Shown piece after piece: positions 53,932 to 63,650 of a stretch of 64,000 bases of DNA. The stretch's first letter is position 1; each line of letters opens with the position of its first letter. A model generated the notes under the pieces. It ran no database searches. It was not told the DNA's origin and worked only from the letters and a program-made list of their open reading frames with translations. Position numbers and translations under genes: made by a program. This DNA comes from Octopus bimaculoides (lineage: Eukaryota), in assembly GCF_001194135.2 (NCBI RefSeq), contig NC_068987.1, forward strand, positions 3,220,166 through 3,284,165, in the 5' to 3' direction.

Positions 53932-56900
53932 TAAATTTGCAGGTGACTCGGCAGAATCAGCAGGATGTTGAATAGAATATTTCTTATGGCATTTGGTTAC
54001 ATCTTTTTTATATTCTCAGTTCAAAAACCTGTGCTCAAGTCAACGCTGCCATTCTTCTTTAAAAGACTTATCAACTAAGTCTCAGATAAGGTAATAATCT
54101 TTTCTACTCTAGGCCCCAAATTTTGGGGGAGGGGGCCAGTCGATTAGATCAACCCCAGTACGCAACTGGTACTTAATTTACTGACTCTGAAAGGATGAAA
54201 GGCAAAGTTGACTTCGGTGGAATTTGAACTCAGAACGTAAAGACAGACAAAATACCATTAAGCATTTTGCTAATGATTCTGCCAGCTCCCTGCTTTTCAG
54301 ATAAAAGTAATCATGTGAGGAAAGGGTCAATATAGCTGAGAAAAGACCCCAGAAGGTGGCGTCTCAGCATGGCTGCAGTTAAATAACCAAAAGACAGTAA
54401 AAACAAAATATTTGCTTTCATTTTGAAAATAAAATAAAATATCAACATTTAGCCATTATTTTTAAGTTTAAGAAATAAGAATTACACGTTAAAAATTACA
54501 AATAAAAATGTCATTCCTGAAGCAGTGAGAGAGTTTGAAATATAAAAACATAAACTAGCTTTATAGAAAATGAAAGAAAGCAACACGTTCTGTTTGAAAC
54601 AGTTTTGCCACAGTGAAGTAAATAATGAAATCACAACCAAACAAAACCAACATTTAAAACTAATTACTTAAACTGAACCAATTATATAGAAAAATACAAC
54701 AACGAACAAGTAATTAACAATTACAGGGAGAGGGTAAATGCAACAGCTAGGCAGGTATATCAAATATATATAAACTGTAAGATGTTATACAGATTTGATA
54801 TAAGTGTTATGATGTGGGCTTTAAGTGCTGACCTGCAGTAATAATTAGAGAGGCTTCACATCCCATCAATCGTTCAGAAAGGGCTCTTTCTGAATAGCCA
54901 GCAAACTGCAAAAACGGCAACAAAATTTTGAGATGGATCAAAGTTTGAGAGAATAATAAGTTTGAAAGTAAAGAAAATAGAAAACAACAAATATGACAAT
55001 AGAAATGACAGCAATTGTGTTGGAGTTTGTTACAATAAATGAGAAATGAACCTCCAAAACCAACCTACAAGGCATGCTAAAATTATTTTTGACACCAACC
55101 CACATATGACCACCCCTGCTTCTATGATACAAACTGTCTTAAAGTGATATAAATTAAAATCCATCTAACCATATTCACCACCCATTTTTCCTGGAAGGAG
55201 CATCAAGGTAGCATCCTTGGGCACCTACTCCATAGGGTCCTGTTATTAAATCTTCCAACTGGATTCCCAAAAGTGACCAACTGCAACTATGGACCTTAAC
55301 CAACCATCTTGCTCTTGGGGTCTTGCTGGTTGGTTCAGCTTGAAGAATCCTTCTTGTGATCCTTTCCTGCAACATTCTAACCACAGATCCACAGCAGTGG
55401 GCCTTTTTCCAGCTCTTTATGATCTGAGTTCAAATTCTGCCAAGGCTGAATGTGTCTTTCATGCTTTCAGAGGTTGATAAAATAAAAACCAGTTGAACAT
55501 TGGGTGGGGGTCAATGCATTTGCTTTAAAATTGTTGGTCTTCTTATATTGAAAGATGTTACAGTAATACCTCACTTCACAAGGACCCGCTTTACAAGACC
55601 CCAAATTTACGAGTTTTATTTTACATCATCATCATCATCATTGTTTAATGTCAATTTTCCATGCTGGCATGTGTTGGATGGTTTGACTGAGGACTGGTGA
55701 GCCTGGAGGCCGCACCAGGCTCCAATCTGATCCGGCAATGTTTCTACAGCTGGATGCCTTTCCTAATGCCAACCACTTTGCTTTTTGCTTGTTGGCAAGT
55801 TACAGTTTCGGAGGATCATGATACAAAGCTCCCTCATCAGGCTTCTGTCATCTAAGCCTGACAAGATAGGTACATATGATGAGCCTTTAAAACTTAAAGT
55901 TGCATGGATCCAAATCAAACTGTTATTAAATAATAATATATGAAACTCCAACCAAATATGCTGAGTACCTCTTTCTTTCATTTGTCCACTACACACACAC
56001 ACACACTAAAACAAAAGATTGACAAGCAGTTACACATGGCATCAAAATCATTTGTCACGATGACACACAAACATAAACAATAATTAAGAAAAATGAAAAA
56101 AGATAGTCCTTGATCACTTTAAATTACTATTTCCCTGTGTTTCAATGTAACTTTGATGTCTTAGCCATTTTGGAGTCACTTTTTAGGCATAAATGAAATC
56201 ATCCAAGCGTAGTTTGATCTACAACATATCTTTTATTCCAAAGAAATGCCAAGCTCCCTGAGTCTTATGTTTCCAATCTACAGCCTCTCTTTATATATTT
56301 CTAAACTCTATTTTCCCTTTATTGTCTTCTCACTTTGTATTCATTTGACTTGCTTTTCACATTCTTCTCATGACTTACTGATCTGTATGCTTGGATGCCT
56401 CCAAAGTATTCAGGCTGCTAAAAACTAGAGCTGACATTTGCATGTCAAGGGACATACAATTGACTTCTTCCCCAATCGTTTTCTTCGTAACTGCTCTAGT
56501 ATGACCTTTCGTCTCCCCTCTATAATCTTCTAGCTTCATATATGACATCTCCGGTCTAGTTTGCTTATTATCATCTAAACGTTCTTTTGTCAATTCTAAT
56601 TTTTTTTTCCTTTCCTTTCTTCTCTCTCTCTATCTACCTACCCCCTACACTCTCCCTCACTTTTACTCAGATGATTTTATTTCTTACTTCTATGCTTTCA
56701 TATCACCACTGTATTACCTTTTTCTGTTTCCAATTGATGTTAGGAGGCACAAGCGCTTACACAAACATGGTCTCACATGGCAGTAACTTCTGTCCACCAA
56801 ATTCAATTACAAAGCTTCGGTCAGCCCGAGGCTATAACAAAAGACAATTGCTCAAGTTGCCACGCAGTGGGACTGATGTCTACTTATATATTGTATGTAC

Positions 56901-58085
56901 CACTACTACATTTTTTTTTGTATAACTTCTCTCTGATGAAAATGCTCAGTAATGTCACGCTTACAGCTTCAATTGATTTACATGGATTGTTACTAATAAA
57001 TCTTTACCTTTTCACTGTTTCCTGCAGCATTAGAAAAGCATCCAGCCATAGAAATCATGCCAAAAAAAGACACTGGAGCACAATGCAGACCTTGGACACA
57101 TTGAATCCTGTCAAAACATCCAGCCGATGCCAGCTTGGACCATGGATGTTAAATGAGGATGGTTTGTTTATATCCTCAAAATTTAGTGGTTCAGCAAAAC
57201 CAGACCAATAGAATAAATACCAGACTTCATAGAAGTCCATTTGTTTGACTAAACCCTTCATGGTGGTGTCCCAGCATGGTTGCAGTACAATGATTAAAAC
57301 ACGTAAAAGATAAAAGATATATATATATAAATATATATAGTCATTACTAAAGTGACGGAGGGTGTTAGTGAGCACCAGCATTGCTAGAAATAAGGGTCAA
57401 GACAAATCTTAGACACATGAGAGCACGTGCTCTGACATGGCTAAGAGTTGTTTGACTCTTATTTCTAGCAATACTGGTGCTCACTAGCACCCTCCATCAC
57501 TGTAGTGACGACTGTACTTGTTGCCTTTCGGTTGTAAATTGTGAACAGCCACCTGAATAAATTTGTATATATTTGTATATATGAAAGGGAAGAGGAAGAT
57601 TAGAATGGACAATGATAAAATTTCTCACCACAATTGAATGAATAACTCCGAGCCGAGCGCAAGCTAACATTGCAACGACCAGTTCAAGAATCATCGGCAT
57701 ATATAAAGACACCCTGTCACCTTTCTGGACCCCTGCAATCAAATAAAACAAAAACATTAATTCCCTGTCTTACAGAGACCGGGTTTCATTAGTTCATTTC
57801 ATGCAAACAAGATCTTCTTTACAAGTAGGATTTCATGGAAGAAAACGTAACCAAGTCCATGGAGCATAATGCCACATGCCAACTTTGAAATGAAAGATTA
57901 AAATCAAACAATCCTTCATAAGTATACAGACATGTAGATCATATATTCACAGAAATCATTACAAAAAAACAAAACAAAAAAAGAAATCAACTGAATGGAT
58001 GCAAGTTGCAGGATGCCTAATCTGGGTGGGGGCAACTGACCAACACCATTTAATGATTGCCTGATTTGTTACCAAAGGTGTGTGA

Positions 58086-58123
<38 letters not shown>

Positions 58124-58465
58124 ATATGCAATGTCAAGGTGACAACACAAAATCTATTTTCGAGGTATAAACCCAATGTAGCTTAATTAAAACAGTAATA
58201 GTGTGCTTGAAACTCCTCTATCGCTAGTTCCTGCATTGACCACCAGATAAGGGATCGGGGGACTCTGTCGAAGGCTTTCTCCATGTCAACAAGAGCCAAG
58301 TACAGAGGTTTATTTTTGGTTTGGTACTTCTCTTGCAGCTGCCTTACCAGAAAATAGCAGCAGCAGTGCTCCTGCCTGGCACAAAACCAAACGAAAACTG
58401 CATCTCCTCTGGCCTAACTCACTTCCTAATTAGTTGGGTTATGGCCCTCTCTCTCTCTCTCAGAG

Positions 58466-58500
<35 letters not shown>

Positions 58501-59992
58501 GATATAGATATAGATATATATATCATCATCATCATCGTTTAACATCCGCTTTCCATGCTAGCATGGGTTGGACGATTTGACTGAGGACTGGTGAAACCAG
58601 ATGGCTACACCAGGCTCCAATCTGATTTGGCAAGGTTTCTACTGCTGGATGCCCTTCCTAACGCTAACCATTCCAAGAGTGTAGTAGGTGGTTTTTGCAT
58701 GCCACCGGCACACACACACACACACACACATAAAAATAGTAAAAGCAAATAGAAAACTAGTTTCACGTTCAACGTACAAACTAAATAAATAAATGTATAT
58801 ATACATACACACACATACAGATTTTATGGGGTTAGTATGTCGGTCCAGTTATATGCAATTGACAGTAAAATAACATAACTACACATCAAAATAATTAACA
58901 TTACAAAGAGAAACTGTTGATTGGAACCGTTGTTGATTAACAGTTAGCACTCTCTGGTTCACAGCCCTCTACCAAACAGATTTACTTTTAGAAAATTACT
59001 ATTCTTAAATCTCACAACAAGAGATATTCAGCAACAGTACTTTGGAGTATTGTTTTGAGCTGAGTGGTGGGGATGGTGCTAGATTCCATCATCATCATCA
59101 TCATCGTCATTTAACATCCGCTTTCCAAGCTGGCATGGGTTGGACGATTTGACTGAGGACTGGTGAGCCAGAAGGCTGCACCAGGCTCAATCTGATCTGG
59201 CAAAGTTTCTACAGCTGGAAAACCTTCCTAATGCCAACCACTCTGAGAGTGTAGTGGGTGCGTTTACATGTCACCGGCACGAGGGCCAGTCAGGCGGTTC
59301 TGGCATCGACCATGCTCAAAAGGGTGTTTTTTACATGCTACCTGCACGGGAGCCAGTCTAGCAGCACTGGCAACGACCACACTCAAATGTTTTTCCCAAG
59401 CCACCGGCACATGTGCCAGTAAGGCGACGCTGGCAACAATCACGCTTAAATGGTGCTTTTTACGTGCCACCAGCACAGGAGCCAATCTGTGGCCCTGGCA
59501 ATGATCACACTCAGATGTGCTTTTAACGATCCACTGGCACGAGTGCCAATCAGGTGGTACTGTCATCGGCCACGTCAGTGATTTTGATTTGTCAAAAATA
59601 TAAGGACACAGATCATGTCATATAGTAAGCTGGGGATGATGTCTCCTGGGGCTAAATTACAGCAACATTCGTCCTAAACCAGGACTGCCATGTTATGTTG
59701 GCAAACAATCTTTACTCCAAATTTACTTTTGTTCTCATCAATGAATTTGTAAACTGAGATCAAACCAACACCATCACTAGTGTGTGTATGTGTTCTAATC
59801 ATAAAAAAATAAATACGACAAAATGTAGATTATGTAGTTTCAGCTCCTGGCTGAATTATTTAAAGCAGCAGAATAAAAATTTATTTTGTTGAACACTTAC
59901 CGAAGTCTTTCAAGACATTGGCAAATCTGCATACTTCAGTCTTCAGTTCAGAAAAAGTAATTTTTTTCTCATCCATAACGTCATTACCTTCC
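32393..59992 (-). CDS. ACSS2: Acetyl-CoA synthetase, cytosolic ACSS2 type, 5'-incomplete; exons 59901-59992, 57629-57732, [54833-54905 OR 49170-49242], 40318-40393, 39373-39493, 38786-38913, 38154-38346, 37050-37183, 36761-36893, 36197-36253, 35108-35191, 34659-34767, 33572-33771, 32811-32856, 32393-32598
   Basis: AMP-binding [47 protein letters not shown] and C-terminal [15 protein letters not shown] (acetylated Lys motif). An ACSS2-like insertion is present (HLSPNPN...[10 protein letters not shown]). The 1756 coding nt are in continuous phase; N-terminal exons were not found in the window. Confidence 0.93.
38459..38497. repeat. Perfect 17-bp inverted repeat with a 5-nt loop
   Basis: ctgctagccttcatcag-attgc-ctgatgaaggctagcag. 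Confidence 0.9.
38642..38687 (+). ncRNA. Degenerate minimal type I hammerhead ribozyme fold (Penelope-like)
   Basis: GACAC CCGATGA A GGCTG-10 nt-CAGCC GAA ACGT T GTGTT; one core deviation (U4 to C). Confidence 0.5.
39024..39143. mobile_element. Small degenerate mariner-type MITE
   Basis: TA-cagaggatgaccataaagtctggataca vs reverse-complement acagggagattgtaaagtctgggtaca. Confidence 0.4.
40670..40905 (-). mobile_element. RTE reverse-transcriptase fragment (a second fragment lies at about 58240-58430)
   Basis: [22 protein letters not shown]...[16 protein letters not shown]. Confidence 0.85.
43484..43892 (+). repeat. Direct repeats of about 100 bp (43484-43583 and 43792-43892) flanking a unique core of about 208 bp
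   Basis: gaattta(a)aatcacttctttaacttt...gtcgtaatttgaattt is present twice with few mismatches. Confidence 0.9.
43643..43716 (+). pseudogene. tRNA-like cloverleaf with a TGT (Thr) anticodon; probable pseudogene or SINE head
   Basis: Acceptor stem 6/7, D stem gctt/aagc, anticodon stem cgtga/tcacg with loop caTGTaa (A33 instead of U33), T loop ttcgtgt with a 1-nt deletion in the T stem. Confidence 0.55.
45098..46175 (+). mobile_element. 5'-truncated RTE-clade LINE: C-terminal ORF remnant, 3' UTR and (GAT)n tail
   Basis: [16 protein letters not shown]...MLHGSETW...RRLRW, frameshift, then GHVVRM...GRGRPRKTW; the element ends in gatgatgat. Confidence 0.85.
48088..48349 (-). mobile_element. Full-length tRNA-derived SINE, family S4, with a V-domain-like centre. 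Partial copies near 3290-3420, 8330-8460 and 37800-38010
   Basis: A box tggcttagtgg and B box ggtttcgattcc on the minus strand; gatggactggtgtcccgtccag; perfect 14-bp TSD atagatacgcatta (48074-48087 and 48350-48363). Confidence 0.8.
49170..49242 (-). CDS. ACSS2: ACSS2 duplicated exon variant B (73 nt, [25 protein letters not shown])
   Basis: Acceptor ccattttcttgtag, donor GCAG|GTGATT, phase 0 to 1. Confidence 0.9.
49659..49870 (-). mobile_element. Full-length S2 SINE with a 17-bp TSD
   Basis: taatgtagattt(g/t)tata at 49642-49658 and 49871-49887. Confidence 0.8.
50830..51450. repeat. Compound (TA)n/(CA)n/(TG)n microsatellite block; many other GA, CA, TA and CAT tracts occur across the window
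   Basis: Seen directly in the sequence. Confidence 0.95.
54833..54905 (-). CDS. ACSS2: ACSS2 duplicated exon variant A (73 nt, [25 protein letters not shown])
   Basis: Acceptor ttttgttgccgtttttgcag, donor GCAG|GTCAGC, stop-free, phase 0 to 1, same length as variant B. Confidence 0.85.
57338..57514. mobile_element. Palindromic Tc1/mariner (Tigger-like) MITE, 177 bp, TA TSD
   Basis: The whole element is a hairpin centred on gagcacgtgctc and is flanked by TA on both sides. Confidence 0.75.
59085..59590 (-). mobile_element. RTE 3'-end-type repeat, family S3, with a (GAT)n tail. More than 20 short copies (approximate), e.g. 8605-8720, 9500-9625, 9685-10190, 12625-12930, 16130-16370, 17890-18005, 22250-22530, 28945-29130, 35400-35600, 39170-39280, 46655-46820, 47380-47530, 53205-53300, 53470-53620, 55620-55780, 57025-57160, 58520-58710
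   Basis: Shared catcatcgtttaacgtccgctttccatgctagcatgggttggacg..., which matches the 3' end of the LINE at 45098-46175. Confidence 0.8.
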
Positions 59993-60201
59993 CTGGAATA
60001 ATCAGAAAAATGTAAAAATATGAGCAATTAGTGAAATTGTATGTCATTAGAAATACAACAAATTAACATTAGATCAATCTTCTATTCAACAAATTCCACC
60101 TGATCCGTGCAAACAAGGAAAAGAGGATGTTAAATGATGATGATGATGAATTCTCTAAGAGTTCAAATTTCTTTGGAATTATTTTTTACTCTTCCATCAA
60201 C

Positions 60202-60707
60202 ATTATTTACATTTGATGGATATTTGTCCTCATCTTGTTTGTCGTTAACACATTTTGGCTGATATAACCTCCAACCCTCTTCATGTGTCCTGGAGAAATT
60301 TTGAACCTGCGTTCTCGTTCCTAAGGTATTTTTCGATGTTATTATTCAGGTCACTGCCTGGAATCGAACTTAGAATCTTGGGGTTAGTAGCCCACACTCT
60401 TAACCACTATGCCTATGGGCATGTGGCATAGTGGTTAAGGCATGGGCTACTAACCCCAAGATTCCGAGTTTGACTCCAGGAAGTGACCTGAACGACGACG
60501 GCAGCGGCGACGACGACAATGACAACAACAACATCGAAAAATACCTCAGGAATGAGAACCCAGGTTTGAAATTTCCCCAGGACACATGAAGAAGGCTGGA
60601 GGCTATATCAGCCGAAACATTGTGTTAACAACGAACAAGATGAGGACAAATATCTGTCAAATGTAAATAATATACAGAATTCTTAATCTCTCAAATATAG
60701 AACTGTA
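60202..60707. mobile_element. Head-to-head inverted pair of a tRNA-headed SINE-like element with a hammerhead-like 3' part (60202-60412 minus, 60423-60707 plus); a further 3' fragment lies at about 38640-38768
   Basis: The arms are reverse complements of each other. Head tggcatagtggttaag...gagtttgactcc; tail gacac-(c/a)(c/t)ga(t/a)ga-a-ggctg...cagcc-gaaac. Confidence 0.7.
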
Positions 60708-61148
60708 TCTTCCATTTAGGTTGGAATATTCTCAATATCCACCTTATTTACTGTAGTCAAACTAAAACATTCATGTTAATCCTGAGTTGTCAATAATCGA
60801 TCCAAGATATTTTGAAGCTGTTGAAAAACTTACAGTTTTTCACTACTGAAATGAGAATGTTTGAACAAAGTACTGCATTGCTGGCATTCTTCCTAACCCT
60901 GGTTTATTCTCGAGCAATTTTCATGCTTGTTTCATTGAATAAATTAAGTGAAGTGACTACTTCATTACCCAGCCGTAGTATTTCTACTCATCCGTACAAC
61001 TGAAGACATGTAATTGTCCTACTTCCAGAAATCATTATTCAGGATTTTAAGAACATCAAACTTTAGCACACCACTAAAAAAAAATTTAGAATGCCTTGAA
61101 ATAAACTGTACACGTTTAATAGCAAGTATCATTGAGAATGGTTTACAT

Positions 61149-61772
61149 CAGTGATTCTCAAACTATCTGATGTGGTGTACCGGCAGTTTTTTTTTTTTTT
61201 CCCCCAATGTGCCAGGGACCGTTAATATTTTTTAGTAATATTAATTTATACTGGAAACAATATATATAATGAATATAATAAAAGTTAAGATTTTTGCCAA
61301 CATTACATGGCAGTCCTGGTTTAGGATGAATGTTGCTGTAATTTAGCCCCAGGAGACATCATCTCCAGCTGGCTGTACAACACAATCTGTCATATTTTCG
61401 AACAAGGGAATCTAGGACACAGATTGTATCGTATAGCCAGCTGGAGATGATGTCCCCTGGGGCTAAATTACAGCAACATTCATCCTAAACCAGGACTGCC
61501 ATGTTATGTTGGCAAACAATCTTTGCTACAAACTACTGTTGCTGAATATCTCTCATTGTGAGATTAACAAATAGTAATTTTCTATTTTATAATAAAAGTT
61601 GACAATTTTTTTCATCTTATATTTATTTTGTAAACAAAAATAATACATAAGCAATTTATAATGTTTCTTTCTTTTCTGGAAACTTGTCGCGTACCGGCAG
61701 CTGATGGCTTGTGGGCTGGCACTGATCCACAAACCAGCACCAGTCTGGGGACCACCACACTGAGTAGCACTG
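61149..61772. mobile_element. hAT-type MITE containing an internal foldback
   Basis: Ends cagtgattctcaaa and tgagtagcactg; 8-bp TSD gtttacat/atttacat. Confidence 0.65.
61287..61523. repeat. Inverted repeat with arms of about 104 bp and a loop of about 26 nt; a third arm copy lies at about 59605-59713
   Basis: aagatt...ggcagtcctggtttaggatgaatgttgctgtaatttagccccagg... and its reverse complement. Confidence 0.9.
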
Positions 61773-62221
61773 ATTTACATGACTTATCGTCTAAAACCAC
61801 TTCTCTGTTGGACTATTATTTACCATTTTTCTTTTACATGTTTCAGTCATTTGACTGCAGCCATGCTGGAGCACCGCCTTTATTCGAAGAAATCGATGCC
61901 AGGACTTATTCTTTGTAAGCTTAGCACTTATTCTATCGGTCTCTTTTACTAAACTGCTAAGTTACAGGAACATAAATGCACCAGCATCGGTTGCCAAGTG
62001 ATGGTGGTGGTGGTGGGGGGGGCAAACAAAGACACACAAATACATATATATGTGTAGGCGCAGGCACGGCTGTATGGGAAGAAGCCTGCTTCTCAACCAC
62101 ATGGGTCCAAGTTCAATCCCACGGCATGGCACTTTGGACAAGTGTCTTCTTCTATAGCCTTGGGTCGACCAAAGTTTTGTGAGTGGATTTAGTAGACAGA
62201 AGCTGAAAGAAGCCCATCGTG

Positions 62222-63650
62222 TATCATCATCATCATCATCGTCGTTTAACGTCCGCTTTCCATGCTAGCATGGGTTGGACGATTTGAGAGTGTAATGGAT
62301 GCTTTTACATGCCACTGGCAGGGGTGCCATTTGTGTGACACCACTATCTGTCTCGACTGCGATTTTACTTGGCTTGATGGGTCTTCTTCTCAAACATGAC
62401 ACAATGCCAAAGGTCTCAGTCAATGCCACCATGGGACCCAACACTTGAAAGGAACTCAGCCACTTTGCCTACATGGGGCCCAATGCTTGAAAGGTGCTTT
62501 TTACATGCCACCAGCATGGGTGCCAGTTACGTGATACCAGCATCAGCCATGATTACAATTTCACTTGGCGTGATGGGTTTTCTCAAGCACAGCACATTGC
62601 CAAAGGTCTCGGTCATTGCTTCTGTGAGGCCCAAAGTCCAAAGATCATGATTCACCACCTCATCCCATGTGTTCTTGGATCTACCTCTAACACAAGTTCC
62701 CTCCACAGTTACAGATCAGCACTTTCTTACATAGCTGTCCTCGTCCATACACATCACATGACCATACCAGCGCAGTCATCTCTCTTGCACACCACATCTG
62801 ATGCCTCTTATGCCCAACTTTTCTCTCAAGATGCTTACACACTGTTGTGCATGCACACTGACATTGCACATCCAGACTAGAACATAATCCATACCACCAA
62901 ATATTTTAAGCATCTCAGCGTTGATTCCTGAAGAGCTAGGGGCTTTCCTTGTCTTCATATCCTTAATTGCTTTATCTACCAGGGTACTGTTGTTTTGGGT
63001 AGCTGGTCCCTCAATTGGGTCAACATTTGGCAAACTCTCCTCTTCCCATCCATTCTCCATGTTCAGCAGTCTTTCATAATGGCATTTCCAAGCCTCTTTC
63101 TTTGTAGAATCATTAAATGCAAGTACACTATCATCCATGCAAACACATTTCCCTCCAATGACATCACAATTTTCTCTCACACACTGTCTTGCAATCCGAA
63201 ACACTTCAGCTCCTTGGCCCTCACATTACTGAACATAAGGCAAACTTCTTTTCTGCTACTCCCTTCACTAGATATACCTGTCTCCTAGCTTCCCTTCTGG
63301 CTATCTGATACAGTTCTCTGCTGCCCCCACTCTTCCAGGCCTGTTTCTTTACTCTGATGGCCCTGTCTACAGCATCATTCCACCACCACTTCACTCTAGG
63401 TCTGGATGAGACTTTGCACCAACTGCAGAGTCGGTCTGTGGTACTCAGCAAGCTGTCCCACAGGAATTCCCAGTTGCTCTCTATGTCACAAGTCTGTAGT
63501 TCTTTCTCCCTCTCATCAAATTTCTCAATTAGGATGTCCCTAAATCTCTAACCATATGAACGGTTCTTAAGCTTCCAAATCCTTCTTTTCCAGATTGGTC
63601 TGCTTCTTGGCAGCCTTCTGGCCTGAAGTCTATGCCGGAGCATACATTCT
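62222..63650 (-). mobile_element. Internally deleted RTE-clade LINE remnant
   Basis: WWNDAVDRAIRVKKQAWK and EAWKCHYERLLN...KAPSSSGINAEMLK are joined directly to the C-terminal VWMCNVSVH...RCGVQER; a 3' UTR and (GAT)n tail follow. Confidence 0.8.

Noticed and set aside
60969-60999. 31-nt AG/GT-bounded stretch phase-compatible with ACSS2 exon 59992 (contains ATG AGT AGA...)
   Set aside because: No homology to the expected upstream exon ending in the conserved Trp; a phase match has about a 1-in-3 chance
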